Positions 10,514 through 24,745 of a stretch of DNA of 64,000 bases are shown one piece after another. The translations under genes and the position numbers were made by a program. The first letter of the stretch is position 1. Each line of letters starts with the position of its first letter. The DNA lies in the NCBI GenBank assembly GCA_000320545.1, contig ADNK01000783.1:10734-74733 (forward strand), read 5' to 3'. The notes under the pieces are model-generated. The model saw only the letters and a list, made by a program, of their open reading frames with translations. It had not been told where the DNA came from and did not search any database. Source of the stretch: Bigelowiella natans CCMP2755 (taxonomy: Eukaryota; Protista; Cercozoa).

Positions 10514-13143
10514 CTAGTAAACGCGAGCTTTAGGTGGAATGTGGTCCATCTCTCCATCAGGAAGAGGCTGGTGGTGCACGGGCCTGTAGTCGATCTCACA
10601 GCCAGCATCGGAGTCGTAGGAAATTGTGTGCATCATCCACTTCTCGTCATCACGGTCAGGGAAGTCTTCCCGGGCGTGGGCTCCTCGGGATTCCTGGCGT
10701 CTGTTTGCACTATACATGGTTTGCCTAGCCTGCGTGAGGAGGTTATCGAGCTCGAGAGTTTCGATCAAATCCGTGTTCCAGACCATTGATTTGTCCGTCA
10801 CCTGATTCAAAGCACGAACACAAAAACAAAACGATCATGATGACCTACTTTGATAAGAATATAGGTTGACAAATCAACTTTCGAAACATCAATGTGCTTA
10901 CGGAATGTAATAAATTTTCTTATGAATGATGCAACTGCAATACGTTGATACTTAACGGAGAACATTACCTTCAAGTCAGTCTTGAATTTTTCGTAAACTT
11001 CGTCAATCTCCTTTACACCATCATCAAGGGAAGATTGGGTTCTAAAGACAGCAGCGTTGTTTTGCATGGTCTTCTGCATCTCGAGTCGGATGTCAGCAGT
11101 AGCGGACTGGCCGTTTGAGTAACGGAATTTGTCGACTCTTGCGATTGCATCATCTCCTACACTATCAGGGATGCTTGGCAGAGGGGTACCAGGCTTCAGA
11201 ATCTATAATCAGCAGCCAAAGGGAAGAGGAGGAGGAGAAGGAGGAAAGTGTAAGCTAGAACTCAATCTCCAACAATCATTATATCTCAACACGATGAGCG
11301 TTTATCTGGGTTGAGGAGAAGATGCATGCAACAAGATTTGGTGCATGCTAGAAAAATCTGGGAGAGGGAGGAGAGGCAGCAGTCGAGTAGATACAATGTC
11401 GTGTAGTGAGTGAGTGAGCAAGGTAAGTGACCTCTTTGCATCGCAGTGCGCAAGCACGACCGAAGACAACAATGTCAAGCAGAGAGTTAGCTCCAAGCCT
11501 GTTAGCACCGTGCACCGAAGCTGATGCAGCTTCTCCTGCTGCCATAAGGCCTGGTACTACCTTATCAGGGTCTTCCTTGGTAGGGTTGATTACCTCACCG
11601 TAGTGGTTGGTTGGCACACCGCCCATGTTGTAGTGAACTGTTGGCAGCACGGGAATAGGCTCCTTGGTCACGTCAACTCCAGCGAAAATCTTGGCGGTTT
11701 CGGAAATACCTTTTAAATTAACAGCAAGTGCAAGTTAGTCTTCCTTCTTTCCATTTCATTTTCCGTATCACCATCATAAGCATTTTTCACAATAGGCATT
11801 AGCGAACAGAGAATAAAGCACCTGGCAGCCTTTCAGCGAGGAGCTCTGGAGGTAGATGGTCAAGGTGCAGGTGTACGTGGTCTTTGTTAGGCCCGCACCC
11901 ACGACCTTCCCGGATTTCGATCGTCATCGCACGGGAAACGACATCTCGGGAGGCCAGGTCCTTCGCAGTAGGAGCGTAGCGTTCCATGAAGCGCTCCCCG
12001 TTGGCGTTCTTCAGGTATCCACCCTCACCCCTCGAGCCCTCAGTGATTAAGCATCCAGCACCGAAGATCCCTGTTGGGTGGAACTGCACAAACTCGAGAT
12101 CTTGGAGAGGCAGTCCAGCGCGGGATACCATTCCCCCCCCGTCCCCAGTACAGGTGTGAGCCGATGTTGCAGAGAAGTATGCACGGCCGTAACCCCCCGT
12201 AGCAAGGATTGTCTTATGTGCGCGAAATTTATGGATGGTGCCGTCTTCCATGTCCAGCGCCATTACTCCATGGCATTCACCGTTGTGCATTAACAGGTCA
12301 AGAGCGAAGTACTCGATAAAGAACTAAAATGGAAGCTGGTTAAATTCTCTTCATTCTATAGGCACAAAAAAACGGAATTACCTGTGTATCATGTTTGAGA
12401 GACTGACCATAGAGAGTGTGAAGCATAGCATGTCCAGTTCTGTCAGCTGCACAAGCGCACCGATATGCCTGTCCCCCTTGGCCAAACTCGAGGCTCTGAC
12501 CTCCAAATGCTCTTTGGTAGATCTTGCCCTCGTCCGTTCGGGAAAAGGGAAGTCCATATGATTCCAACTCAAGTACAGCTTTCGGGGCTTCGCGACACAT
12601 GTATTGAATGGAGTCTTGGTCTCCAAGCCAATCAGATCCCTAACGAGATGCCCATGAACCGTTAGAATATTGTCTTTTGAACTCTTACCATTTACATTGT
12701 ACCTTCACGGTATCGTATGCGTGCCATCGCCAGTCATCCTGTGATATTATTCATACACGGCACATCAACGTCGTGCTGTAAACCTAATTCCCCAAAAATT
12801 CACCTTGGTCATGTTTCCGAGCGCAGCATTTATCCCTCCCTGAGCCGCGACAGTGTGTGAACGGGTCGGAAAGAGCTTCGAGATGCACGCAGTTTTGAAT
12901 CCTTCTGAAGCAAGTCCAAAGGCCGCTCTAATTTGTAGAATATTCAATCCTTCAATCATCCATACTAGATGTTAAGTTTCCATTGCGAATAAGTTTCCGA
13001 AGTGTTGCCATTCACCTGAGTCCTGCTCCACCAGCACCGACTACAACGCAGTCATACTCATGCTCCACTACATTGTAAGCTTTAGTGGAAAGGGCCCGAG
13101 TGGCAGCGGGTGCCAGAGATCTTCTTATGCCTTTCGAAAGCAT
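10514..13143 (-). CDS. SDHA: Succinate dehydrogenase flavoprotein subunit, mitochondrial (8 exons)
   Basis: Mitochondrial presequence [36 protein letters not shown]-binding [35 protein letters not shown]-terminus IPPKARVY. Exons 13143-13016, 12927-12804, 12738-12703, 12639-12382, 12323-11822, 11709-11432, 11202-10969, 10801-10514, all GT-AG and in frame. Confidence 0.98.
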
Positions 13144-14056
13144 GATTTGTGATAAAGCCCGGAAGATGGGGCGGGTGAGGTTAAGGATTCCAAATCAAAA
13201 TTGTTTTCATTAATTTTTCGGTACAATATCAATGGGTGTAAATAATCCTATGACTTGATTATAGCCTTGTCTCATCTTTACATTTAGTCAAATTTTGAAA
13301 CTAGTAGATACTTTGAACCTTATTTTTGGAACTGAATCTGCAGGGACATGTGTGGAGAGGAAAATCTCCGCAAATGCTGGGTATTTTCCTCTGAATATCT
13401 ACGAAAAGGCTTCGTTGCGATCTTAAACCCCAATCAGTTTTCCAGATGGCCTGCTTATCGCTTGAAAGTCCGAGTTTGCACCCTCAAGGAAAAATCGAAT
13501 GGAAGTTCCGATGTGAAAGCGCATAGACCTACAAAACTTTTAGAAATATTGTCGCAAGGTATAGAACAACTCCGTTTTATTGATTTTTAAGGTGCTATCC
13601 GGGATGTTCGCGATATTTGTCACCATGAAAAAATATAATTTCGTCTTCTTTTTTTTGGGTAAATCATAGATAACGGTAAGGAAAGTATGTTGTCTCTGTT
13701 GATCGAAACAACTGTAATCAGTATTATTTGCAGAAAGTAATGCGTGACCTTGTCGACATCCTGTTTCTATCTGTATTTTAACCATTCTATTCAAAAAAAT
13801 TTGGATTTGTTTTAATTTTTTTTTTCGGTAAATACAATATTTAAGTCTCATTTTAAAAAAAAGGGGCTATATTCTGAAAAATCATGGAAAATATTCGACT
13901 ATTAGCTAGTTACGACATAACATATTAATGGGCGACATAGAAAAAAGGAATATTGACGAAAACAATACGAAACTGTAAAAATCTAAAAAGTCAACTAGAA
14001 TTTCAAATTCAAACCAAGCTAAATCACAAATAGGATTGTCTCCCCCATCCATCGCA

Positions 14057-14598
14057 ATGAGGGTCCTGGTTGGAGTTATTACTCTGGCCCTTGCAGTTGC
14101 TGGGAAGGTCATGAAACCAGCCAAGATCGTGCATAATTTAATGCCGATCGAAATCGAGGCGCAAATGGATCACTGGCTTGTTAGGAGGGATTCCCCTAGT
14201 TTCCCTTCTGATAGCGCCATGTTGGAGACGCAAGTATGAATCACAAATGTTAAAGTGTTTACCTTTCTACACATTAATTGGATTTATATTACAGGCATCT
14301 ATGGGTGAAGAACCTGCTCTTACAGCTGCTCTGGCATATCCTCCACCAGCTGCACAAACTGAAGCTTATCTTCCAGAGCCAGCTCTTCCGAGTACCTTCT
14401 ACGGCACACCTTACGGCCCTCCTTATCTATCTGCTCCAGAAGCAGAACCGGCTCTTCCCGAGGTTCCTCCACCACCATGGGTAACTTAAGCATCTTTTAG
14501 ATGTCGGGAATATGTGTGAGCATTGTATCTTTCAGGTTTCCGTTCCAGATTCTGGAAATGGAGATTTAGGAAATTCTGCAAAATCTATGACTCCATGA
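14057..14598 (+). CDS. Small secreted Pro/Ala/Glu/Tyr-rich protein (3 exons, ~141 aa)
   Basis: Signal peptide MRVLVGVITLALAVAG. In-frame GT-AG exons 14057-14233, 14295-14480, 14536-14598. EPAL occurs three times. Confidence 0.75.
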
Positions 14599-16127
14599 TA
14601 AAGGGCTACTTATGCATCTTTAATCACAGTTTCTTTGGCATGTGTTGTATGAAATCCTGTTGCTGTGCTACTTAAATGTAGCAGCTTCGTCAAATTCCTA
14701 ACAAAAAATTGAGTGAATCGGCTTGTCCACTGACATGTATAAAGACTACGTTCGCACCGCATGTTTCCATACACACACACACACACACACACTGGAATAT
14801 ATAATATGCATTAATATGTAGAACAGATGCGTTTAAAACTACACTTGCACTGTCTGGCCTGCATGCCAGCGTAGCTATGCGTATACATCATTATTACTAG
14901 CCATGCTGCGTCATACCATCACACACAAGCAGTGCAGCGCACTGTATTCTAGTATGAGAGACTGATTAGCTCAACAGCAGCAACATGGTGTGTGCTATGT
15001 ACGTACATGCACTCACGCACATGTTTGAGTACAGCTACTACGCACACGCATGCACATGTATCGTATGCGTGCATGCACGCTAGCTGATCATCCATTGTTG
15101 ATGTACGCCCCAGCTAGCTGTCTATACGTCACCCTTGGTTGACTTTGCCATTATAAACACTATCATATTTGTGCACATTGCATGCGTTGCTACGTCGATC
15201 ATGCATCACTACGTACGCACTGAGCGCGGTCGCACGCACGTAGCTGCGTTGTTGCTAGCTGCTATATGCATGCATGCAGTCGCAGCTAGATGCGACTTAC
15301 CAATTACCAATTGCGTCGCATCGCACCGCAAAAACATCACACTTCCATTACATAAACTGGCAACGATTCACAAAGGAGGACATAGCAACACATTCTGCTG
15401 CGCGCACAGCTCGAGAGCTTGAATTATGTGACCCATTGCATTCATATGCATGCTTGACATCGTAGCTAGTAGAAACAAGCACAAATTAAGCGCTGTACGT
15501 AGCCGCGACTTTGCACAGCTACGTTAGTCATGATAATTATTGAACACCTATCATATGCGCAGCAAGGTGCATCACAAGGGCAACATGAGCTAGAGTCACG
15601 GGGCGTAAAACGCATGGGCAGACGCTGTTGACTTTCGAATATTTGATGAGTCAATATACAAAGCATCCCTCTTGTTAATGCAATCAATCGCATGGTATTT
15701 TTAGCTCTCCCAATGCTAATACAAGAGCTAGATATTGCATCTGATGAATACCGGCTTCAAATAATAAAACATAACATTAATAACAATAAAATATTGATGC
15801 TGTGATTAAGGTAGATTTCTACATAACAACTGTGTTTTTGACGAAGACTGACGCAATTTCTACTTATGACGAGCAAGGAATTATCGACGCACACTACCAT
15901 CAGCAAGTTTCTATGTAATGTATAAATAAATGTCCCAGTTTCTATGATAGACATTATACCGTCGCGTTTTAACTGAATATAGTTGCCAGACACACACAAC
16001 GTCTTGAAGATGAACACCAGTGTTGAATTAGCAGCATAACGATTTCGCATAAAAATCGAGGATGACTATTCTTCCTTTCTCTTTCAGGGGCGTTGCCTCC
16101 CCCCTCCCTACAAAATCACTTCATCTC

Positions 16128-17191
16128 TCAGTTGCCGTTTGCAGGTTTTTCCTGGTCAAGGCGTTCAAGGTCAATCCCGCCTTCTTCCTTGTTCGGCTTG
16201 TTTGCCTCATCGTGAGCCTTAAGAACCTTGTTATGGTTCCCCATGTAGAGGTAAAGCGCCGCGGTTAACACCACAACCTGGTAGGGAGGAGGGAAGGAGA
16301 TGACTTTTAGGTGACTGTTACTGAAATAAGATCAAAAGGTTTCTACAGCTAGCAGTATTCGAGGCAGTAAACGGAGTAGTGTATTAGCTCATGTTTTCCT
16401 TGCCCTCCCCCCTTCCTCTGCCCGTTCACCCCGCAAACGAAGGCCAGATCGATCGTTTCGTTGAAGAACTTCGTAGAGAGATAAGTGGCGATGTACACGG
16501 CAACTGAAGGGATGAGGAGGCAAGCAGAGGGGTGTGCATAGATAAGAAATGAGGATGAGGGAATACAGCTGCCTAGCAGGAAGAACCGTTGGAGAGCGAA
16601 GATCATCATGGATCATCATTATCATTACTATCCCCATCAGGACTGAGAAGCTGACCTGCGCTTGTGAAGCACTTAATGACATTGTTAGCATACTTCATGA
16701 TGTATGCGACGGATATTCCCTGTTACCAGAGATAGTTGTGAGATTAACCACAAAACAAAAACGCGAGCACACACAAGCACGCGTAGAGGCTCGACAGTTC
16801 ATGCAGAGGGTGAAGCAAAGGGAAAGCAAGATGAAGGAGAGGTAAGTGGAGATGTTGAAGAGCGTGAGGACAAACGCCAAGGTACGATGGAGCATAGGAT
16901 AGAGAAAATCTCCGAATATCCACGAAACTATCTCATCGTCCGTACCAAAGCTGCATTGTTGAAGATGATCAGCCACACAACGGGTGTAAACCTACCAATC
17001 CCGTGGAGGGGGGGGAGGGGGGGGGGCACAAAAGAGTAGTAGATAAGTAACAGCAGGAATAATAGAGAATGGGAGAGAAATATGGGAAATAATATCGGCA
17101 CATGCATAAATTAAATAGAATTTGAACTAGAACTTGTTATGCATCAAATCCACTAAAAAGTTTCCTCTTTAACTGCGCTCGGCAACCGACG

Positions 17192-17231
<40 letters not shown>

Positions 17232-17987
17232 CTCAAGGACACAACAAAACACTAACCCTGCGAAGAAGCCTTCTTCCGTATTAGTTCCTGGTGCAGACTG
17301 CAGCATATTACCTGCGATGAGATGAGTGGGTCATCGAGTATCACAGGTAAACAGTAGAGCACGACAACGACGATGATAATGATGATGGATGATCAACGAT
17401 GGTGATGAAAATAATAGTGATGGTGGCACTTAAGCTATATATAGCCTTGCTGTCATTGAATTATTCTCACGAAATCCCTCGATACGAGTGGGTAGGATTG
17501 GGCAAGTGGTTGATATAACTGGAGTCTCTCCGCATTACTACCATTAGAATAAGTGGGGGCTTGCATCATCATCATCATCATTCTGTAACAACCTACCGAT
17601 GAGATTCAGCATTACACCGAAGAAGTACCTGAGTTATGTGGTGGTGGTGGTGATGAGGATGATGATGATGATGATGATGACGACGACGATGATGATTGCT
17701 GTGTCGAGACGTAGGACGATTAATTTTCACTGATGCTGTATCTCGCATAGCCTCCTCTGTCTACACTTCAAGGGGGCTGCTGCGTATGTCCACCCGACGC
17801 TTGGTATTCAGAGTTGTAACACCAGTTTATGCATGCATTCATTTTCGTCGTTGTTGTATGTTATTTGTAAAAATATCATGTTTATGGGGCTTCTCACAGC
17901 TGCATGTTCTTAAATTGGAGAGGGGCCTACTCACGGACATTCAAGGACGAATCAAATGTCAGAAGGACGTCAAGCCTCATCACGACC

Positions 17988-18030
<43 letters not shown>

Positions 18031-19934
18031 CATCACTTAATATCAAAATATGAAGAAACACGCACCACACTCATCTCTAGGGACGGGGTCCAAAATAAAG
18101 GCAATGATAGTTTCAAACAGATGGATAGAAGGAATGAGTTATAGGTTACCTCAGGGTCGATCTTCTTGATCAACCACTCGTTAAAGACCCCAGAGAACGC
18201 CGACATCGTACTGTGCACGATTAGAAGCAGCAGCAGCAGCAGCAGCCAACAAATGAAATACAATGAAACAGAAAACCGACATGTACACATATAGAGATGT
18301 AGAGAGCTGGCAAGGGTTAGCTGTTTCTTATTCTCTCGCACACCTGTTCACAATAAGGAGCCCTCCTCCAAAGATCAGGTCCTGTTGGCTTGCCCACCCC
18401 GAGCTCTGCTCTGAAACGTGGCGGGGGACGGGGGGGGTAGAGTTTGATCGTGAGCAAGAGTCCCATCACCATTGCATACATTTTAGATTTTGACAGGAAG
18501 AACCGCGTTTTGCTTAGTGCATCTTGTTGTGAGCGATAGCAGTACTTGCTGTCAGGTAAGTGCAGACGTGCTTTTGCAGCTGCTACTAGATTCATCATGC
18601 TTACCAGAAGTAAAGACTCCGAGCTTACTGATAACCATGGAGATGAAGAGCAACGCCACAGCTAGCCACTATAATCAATCCATTGATTGTACAGAGGAGG
18701 GGTGGGGTTATAACAGCACGCACGAACAAACAACGCACTCAGAGAAACTAATGGAGCTGGGAATCATCACCATCATCATCATCATCGTTGTCGCTATTAT
18801 CATATTCGGTGTAGTGCCTGGATGATAGTGAGGCCACGATTCGGGAGAATGATTCTGTGCAGAATAGCTGTGGTTACGATCTTGAAGTTGCTGAACACCT
18901 GCAACCCATCAAGATGCACCCACCCACTAATTAAAAGTCCTGGCGCATTTGTGTACATGAGTGAGTGTGTGTGTGTGTGTGAGGGGTGTATCTGGTGTTT
19001 CGTATGCCTGGAATGTAGGAGGTCCTAATATAGCAATGGCCGTGTAGACGATGGAGTTCTGGCAAGCATAGATTAGCCCGGGAATCTAAAAAATGCATAA
19101 AATAGCAACAACAATGCTGCTCAAATGAGGAGTCAGATCATGCATAGCTAAACGATGAGGCATTAGAGAACGACGTGATACATTGTTCGCATGCATGCTG
19201 TGATTCCATTAGCATAGCTACTGTCTATCGCGCTTAGTTTGTGCAAAAAATCTGGTTATCACCATGTACATCAGGAAGCTCTTCGTGTTGAAGTTTCCGA
19301 GACCATCATACCGCTTCTACGAAGGTAGCGGCAACAGCAGGGGGAGGAGGGAGAGAGTAGGAAGGGGAGAATATAGAGAGATGAGAGTGAATGGAGGCGA
19401 AGATTTAAGGTACCTCGGGGAGAATTTTAATGCAGGAAATGGGAGTGGTAAGCACTATTGAACGTTTTCATACTATTTCTTAGTTTATCTTAATAATATT
19501 GGTATTATCTTCATCGTTGTATCCACCCTACCTTGTAGTCAAATTGCAGCCAATATCCCGTAGCAAAAGCTAGCTTGATTGCTTCCTACAGTGTTGTGCA
19601 GATAAGAGTATAAGTCACCGCAAGGTATAACAATGTCACCAATACATGTACGCCTCCGTACGCATAAAGAAGCATCACTATTATTACCTGCAAAAGCACA
19701 GCGCTCGTGGTTTTATATGGAAGGCCTTGTGCCGTTTTTGTTGCAGCTGTTAACATGGTCTAAAATGTGGTAAAATAGCTCATTATAGTAAACTCTCTTA
19801 GAGCTGATGGATAGAAATGACACCTGCGTGACGATAAAAGTTGTTAGCGCCGCTCCAGCTCCGAATGCACGGGGGTCAACTATGTTATATGAGCGAAAGT
19901 GTGATCATGCTAAATACGATACGGTTAAACGGAT

Positions 19935-20001
<67 letters not shown>

Positions 20002-20155
20002 AATGTTTATATTTTTTTAATACCTCTATGCATGTATACGTTTGTGTGTACAAGTTTACGTATATATGGTGTGTAGATTTACTGTGCCGGAAGTATATAA
20101 CATCTACACCAGTATGGAGTGTGTTGATTTCACCATCGATATTGAGCAGCTTCAT
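16128..20155 (-). CDS. SLC35A-family (UDP-galactose/CMP-sialic acid type) nucleotide-sugar transporter, ~17 exons
   Basis: The spliced product has the family motifs YKTTSAVLLQEAIKL, IPGLIYACQN, TFQVFSNFKIVTTAIL, IQWLAVALL, SAFSGVFNEWLIK, KNMQLYFFG and MKYANNVIKCF. Two introns need GC donors. The first exon (20155-20134) is the least certain. Confidence 0.9.
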
Positions 20156-21044
20156 GACGAGGAGTTAGGTAGAAATCTCTTTAGTCTCTGGAATCCTGAT
20201 AAGGGTTATGAGGTTGGGCAATAGTCGCTTAGGGTGAAGACAACACGAAATCGCAACTGGACCCCACACTACAGAACCGATGTAACACGAATGCAAACAG
20301 GAAAATCTCGTCTCTTGCTGTGTATAAGCCGCAAAATGTGCCTCCAAGAAAATCCCTTCATCGAAAGGTTAGGGTCATGCGGCGGGTCTTATGTGGAATG
20401 GTAGTTGACGAACCGGAAAGGAAGGGCCGGGTGAGACCTGGCAAGCTCGGTACAGCTGGAAGTATCTGTGGGCTACGTGAATATTTCCTCAGGCTTTGCT
20501 CTGATGACGTCACAGCCCTTTTTATTAGAAAAACAGTCAAAGGGGCAGGACGCACTAACAAATAGGAATGATTTACAAATGTTCTGAGCAAAGTAACGCC
20601 ACTGAACACTCCCTCATGAATCTTAGTTCCTTATTATCACCAACGAGTGTTTCCGCAGTCGCACTGAAGGTGATTTGACTCATAACTTGGGTATGACAAC
20701 CTGCATCACGTCCTAAATGTCCTATAATTTCGAACAAAATCAAAGCAAGTTTCTCGGGAATACCATAGTTAAATGTGTTCTTGGCGTACGACTTGCTAAC
20801 GGTTGTCGTAGAGCTTGAACTCCAGCTGGATAGGTAACGCCTTCGCGGAAAATTTATGTGAGCAACCAGTTTTGGTTTTATTTCTGCGACATGAAGTATG
20901 GGTTGTCTTAGTCAAAAACCCGAAGGGACACGAGACCACCGGATCCCCCTGATGAGAATGCTGAAGGTGGAAGCAGCAGCGATGGAAGCATGAGGGTTTC
21001 ACGATGTCAACGAGAGTGGAGGGATGCAAGGTCAACTCCAAGGG

Positions 21045-21101
<57 letters not shown>

Positions 21102-21272
21102 TTCAAATACATAAATAAATATATGTATAAAGAGAGAAAACGCAATTTCTATCGTTGTCCAAGCACAAAAGTAATGTGGTTCAGTAAGCAACAGAGTTCC
21201 GAAAACATAGGGGCGATATATTCTGACAGCACTATTAATCTTAATCATAGGATATCTAAAACGGGAGTGAAG

Positions 21273-22915
21273 ATGGCTAAGAAGACAGAGCAGGGGCAGT
21301 TGCTATCCATTTCGGATCTAAGCGTTGAGGATAAGATCAAGATAGGTGATTTACATGACAATGTAAATCGGCATCTTCGTTGGAAATTTAATGCCTTATC
21401 TTATCAGGGAAACTTTTGAGGGAGGTTGCAAAGCAGCAGAAAGATATAAAAGCGCTGGAGAGCATGAAATACGCAACGGAACAGACTTTGGGGGAATATC
21501 GAACAAGAAATGCTGGCATTGCGAAACAGTATACGGCTCTTAAGGGAAAACTGCACCAATCTGTCGGCCTTCTTAAACAGTATGATCTAAAAAATCTGTA
21601 AATATAAAAATAGAGGTGCACTAAACTAAGAGGAAAGACGTTGTTGCTATGACAATCATAATACTTATTAATTGCTTGCAAATTGCACAAACATGTGGGC
21701 CACACATGAACGGACGTAGGTATCAAAAACGTCTCCAGGTCATGCAAGGTGCTGTCCTGAGGAACAAAATATTGGCCGAGGAAAACGAAAACCTGAAGAC
21801 ACGTGTTACCATGCTTCTCAAGGAAAAGACGAATACAGCTCGTCCTCTACCTCGTAGTGCCAAAAACCCTGAAGTGGTTCCTCCTTCCTCGTTCTCAATA
21901 GACAAGCGTAGAATGATCTCCCCCTCCTTGTCCACAACCACGGGCCTTCCTCCACCGCATGAGACGCTTGAGCACGAGGGGAATTATAGAAACTCGCTGC
22001 ATGCAGATTTAGATGTTGATGGTGACACACGAAGGAGGACAGGGGAGAAATCAGCAACCGTAACAATGATGGCCAACTTGAATAAGGATCAAACTTCATC
22101 ACTATACCCTGATCGTCACTATCACCACCGTCATCATCATCATCATCACCGGTCGTCGTCCCCTCTTGCCAATAGAAAGACTTCTGCGAATACTTTCATC
22201 AGCTCAAAGGAAGAGAGTCGCGGTGGAGCATCGAAGGTCCTCAATCCTCCACCTCCCTCTCATCGTAAATGCATTCCATCTCCATTTCCATCATCCCCAT
22301 TGTCTATGCCACCAGCACCAGAAACAGCTGGAGCAGCAACAACAGCACCTGCAGGGCCACAATTAGCTACCTTTAAAACCACGGACTCCAAAAAGGCCGT
22401 GAGAGAGGAAGTGCAGCTCCTCTTGAGAACATTGAAGCAGCAGCAAGAGCAGCAGGCTGAAAAACAACCAGATACATCCGACGTTGCTTCTGCTGCTGAT
22501 GATGATGATGATGAAGAAGGAGAAGGATCAATTGTCCACATGAAGAATACAGTGACTTTTGGCGGAGGAAGCGAGCGAGAAAAGGAGAGAGGAGGAAAGA
22601 GAGAGCAGTTGCGACATAAGAACAGCATCCGCGAATCGCTTTCCCCACCTCTTCGTAACCACCTTAGACACGGCGGAAGCAGCACGAAGGAGGGGGAGAA
22701 GAGCTTACTCGAACTATTCAAAAATCTTGACCTTCGGTCGACTCTTGTTCAGAGACTGTTGCGCATACAACGTGGCACTCACACTACTTCCTCGTCCTCA
22801 ACCTCAACCTCAACTTCGCAATCGTTGGCTCAAAAGAAGGGACAAACGCAGAAGTGTCATAAAAATAGCCTTCGCTCGAAAATAAAGGGTATTTATTCGC
22901 GCGCGCGCGCGCGCG

Positions 22916-22950
<35 letters not shown>

Positions 22951-24593
22951 AGTTCTTGCTGGCTTGTTGAAGGAAATAAAAAATAGAATTAGAGATTAAG
23001 GGAAAAAGTCTTGTTATTCCTCTTTCCAGCCGCATCCCTTCTTCCTCCTTATCACCTGATCTTCTTCTTCTTCTACTTCTCCTCTTTATCCTCTACTTGC
23101 CAGCAGACGGCTTGCTGAGAAATCCAAATGGGAGAAAACAAAAGAGTATCATCGGCCTCAAGTGCATTCCAGGTCCTCTACACGGTCTCTCGCTCTCGCT
23201 CTAGTGTGACAAATGCCCTTCAACTAGTTTTGACTATTTTACATCGTACCAACTGCTACCTTAGAACTTGGAGGAGGAGGAGAAGGAGGAGGAGGAGGAG
23301 AGAAAAAGGTGGTGGGCGGTCAGCATAATAAAGCAATGACCACCGCAAAAGCCCTCCCCGCCACCGACTCCTCCAGCAGCAACAGCATCAGCGCACCAAA
23401 GGCTCGTCTCCTTTCCTCAACGTTGTCTCCATCTTCGATGATGGGTATTAAGGAGCAGCAGCAGCAGCAGAAAAGGGCAAAGAAACAATCGGAGGATGAA
23501 TTAGGGCTACATCGAGGAAACGTATGTTGTTAGCTATCGCTACGAAAAATAGCCGATATGAAATATTGTATCTTTAGAATGGTATTGCTCATTTATTCTT
23601 CACGATTTTCAACGCACCAACAGATATCCACGTCCAGCGCACAGACAGCTCCCGCCATACTTGTACCGTTACGCGACTGGAGGACTAGGGATAATAAGAT
23701 CAGTAGCAGCACCATCAAAAAAGCTGGCAACAGTCATGAGATTAGAAGTACTAATAATAAAGGTGTGAAATCGGAGCAGAGAGAAGCCGTAGTAGAACTG
23801 CCGGATTTAGATGGCCCCCCTCCTCCACCGCTGATGACTGCCCAAAAAACATCGTCGTCATTTGAAAGAGCAGCGTTGCTGTTTGCGAATGGTTACCGTG
23901 ACTCCATTGCCAATGCAACAGCTCCCTGGAGAGCTCACAGTACCAATGTCCGGGAACAAGGGTTAGATGATGAAGAGCCGGGAAGCTGCGACAACATTGA
24001 GGACGACTCCTCCTTGGTTGCCATTCTCAACGATGGCACAAAAGAGGTCAGTAGGAATTTAATATTGCTAATCTTCTACGAGATTTGGTGATTTCCAAGC
24101 AAGTATGTTTGCTTTTGTCTCGATCAGGCCTTAGTATTGCCAAGAGTGCCATCATCGCCATCGTCGTCAAGGTCGCGTCCGTCGTCTGAAGCGCGACATT
24201 TTGGCGGTGTGAGTGCTGTCATTCATGCTCCAAATAAGGTATTTGAAGAATTAACGTGACTTCGCAACGGATCGTCTCACATGATATTCCATGTGGGGAG
24301 CGATATATCTGTTGCTTTTGAGTACATAAGGAACATACCCAATAACGGAGAAATCCACTACCGAAATTCACGATTTCCCCACTGGTCGAATTTCGTGGTT
24401 TCTGGATATATAATCGACAAATGCAATCACCCGATTTCATGTGATACAACGCGGCACTTTGTGTGCGAAACCCGGCAAACAATTTACGAAAGAGCATAAA
24501 ATCTAACTCCGTGATAAATAATAAATCCTCAGCCAGTGCATTGCACCCCATTGCCAATCACATAGGCTTCCAAAAAAAACATCGATCTATGTC

Positions 24594-24633
<40 letters not shown>

Positions 24634-24745
24634 ATTTCTGTGTTTGGTTATTATATTTGATCAGGCTGAGGCATCACAACAACGATTTTCATATGATGCT
24701 TCTCTTCTGGACATCATTGACGCTCTGGATGAAGACGATAGCTGA
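21273..24745 (+). CDS. Hinderin/KIAA1328-like coiled-coil protein with a long disordered tail
   Basis: Spliced N-terminus LSISDLSVEDKIKI|GKLLREVAK..LKGKLHQSVGLLKQ|YQKRL resembles, from memory, the KIAA1328 block LKDLC.EDKRRIANLIKELA..LLSLYQKYL. Exons lie within ORFs 21649-22986 and 23558-24091. The last exon ends FSYDASLLDIIDALDEDDS*. Middle exons are uncertain. Confidence 0.6.

Noticed and set aside
10514-13143. Possible alternative genetic code or stop readthrough, given the fragmented ORFs
   Set aside because: Conserved genes assemble fully with the standard code and ordinary introns.
15135-15693. Cys/His/Ala-rich ORFs in convergent spacers (also 42436-42707, 54292-55125, 61332-62116)
   Set aside because: A by-product of TGCA/CATG-rich composition; no domains or splice structure.
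19807-20224. Plus-strand ORFs that look like a nested spliced gene
   Set aside because: They are antisense to the first exons of the SLC35A transporter, which explain the sequence with family motifs. No independent support.
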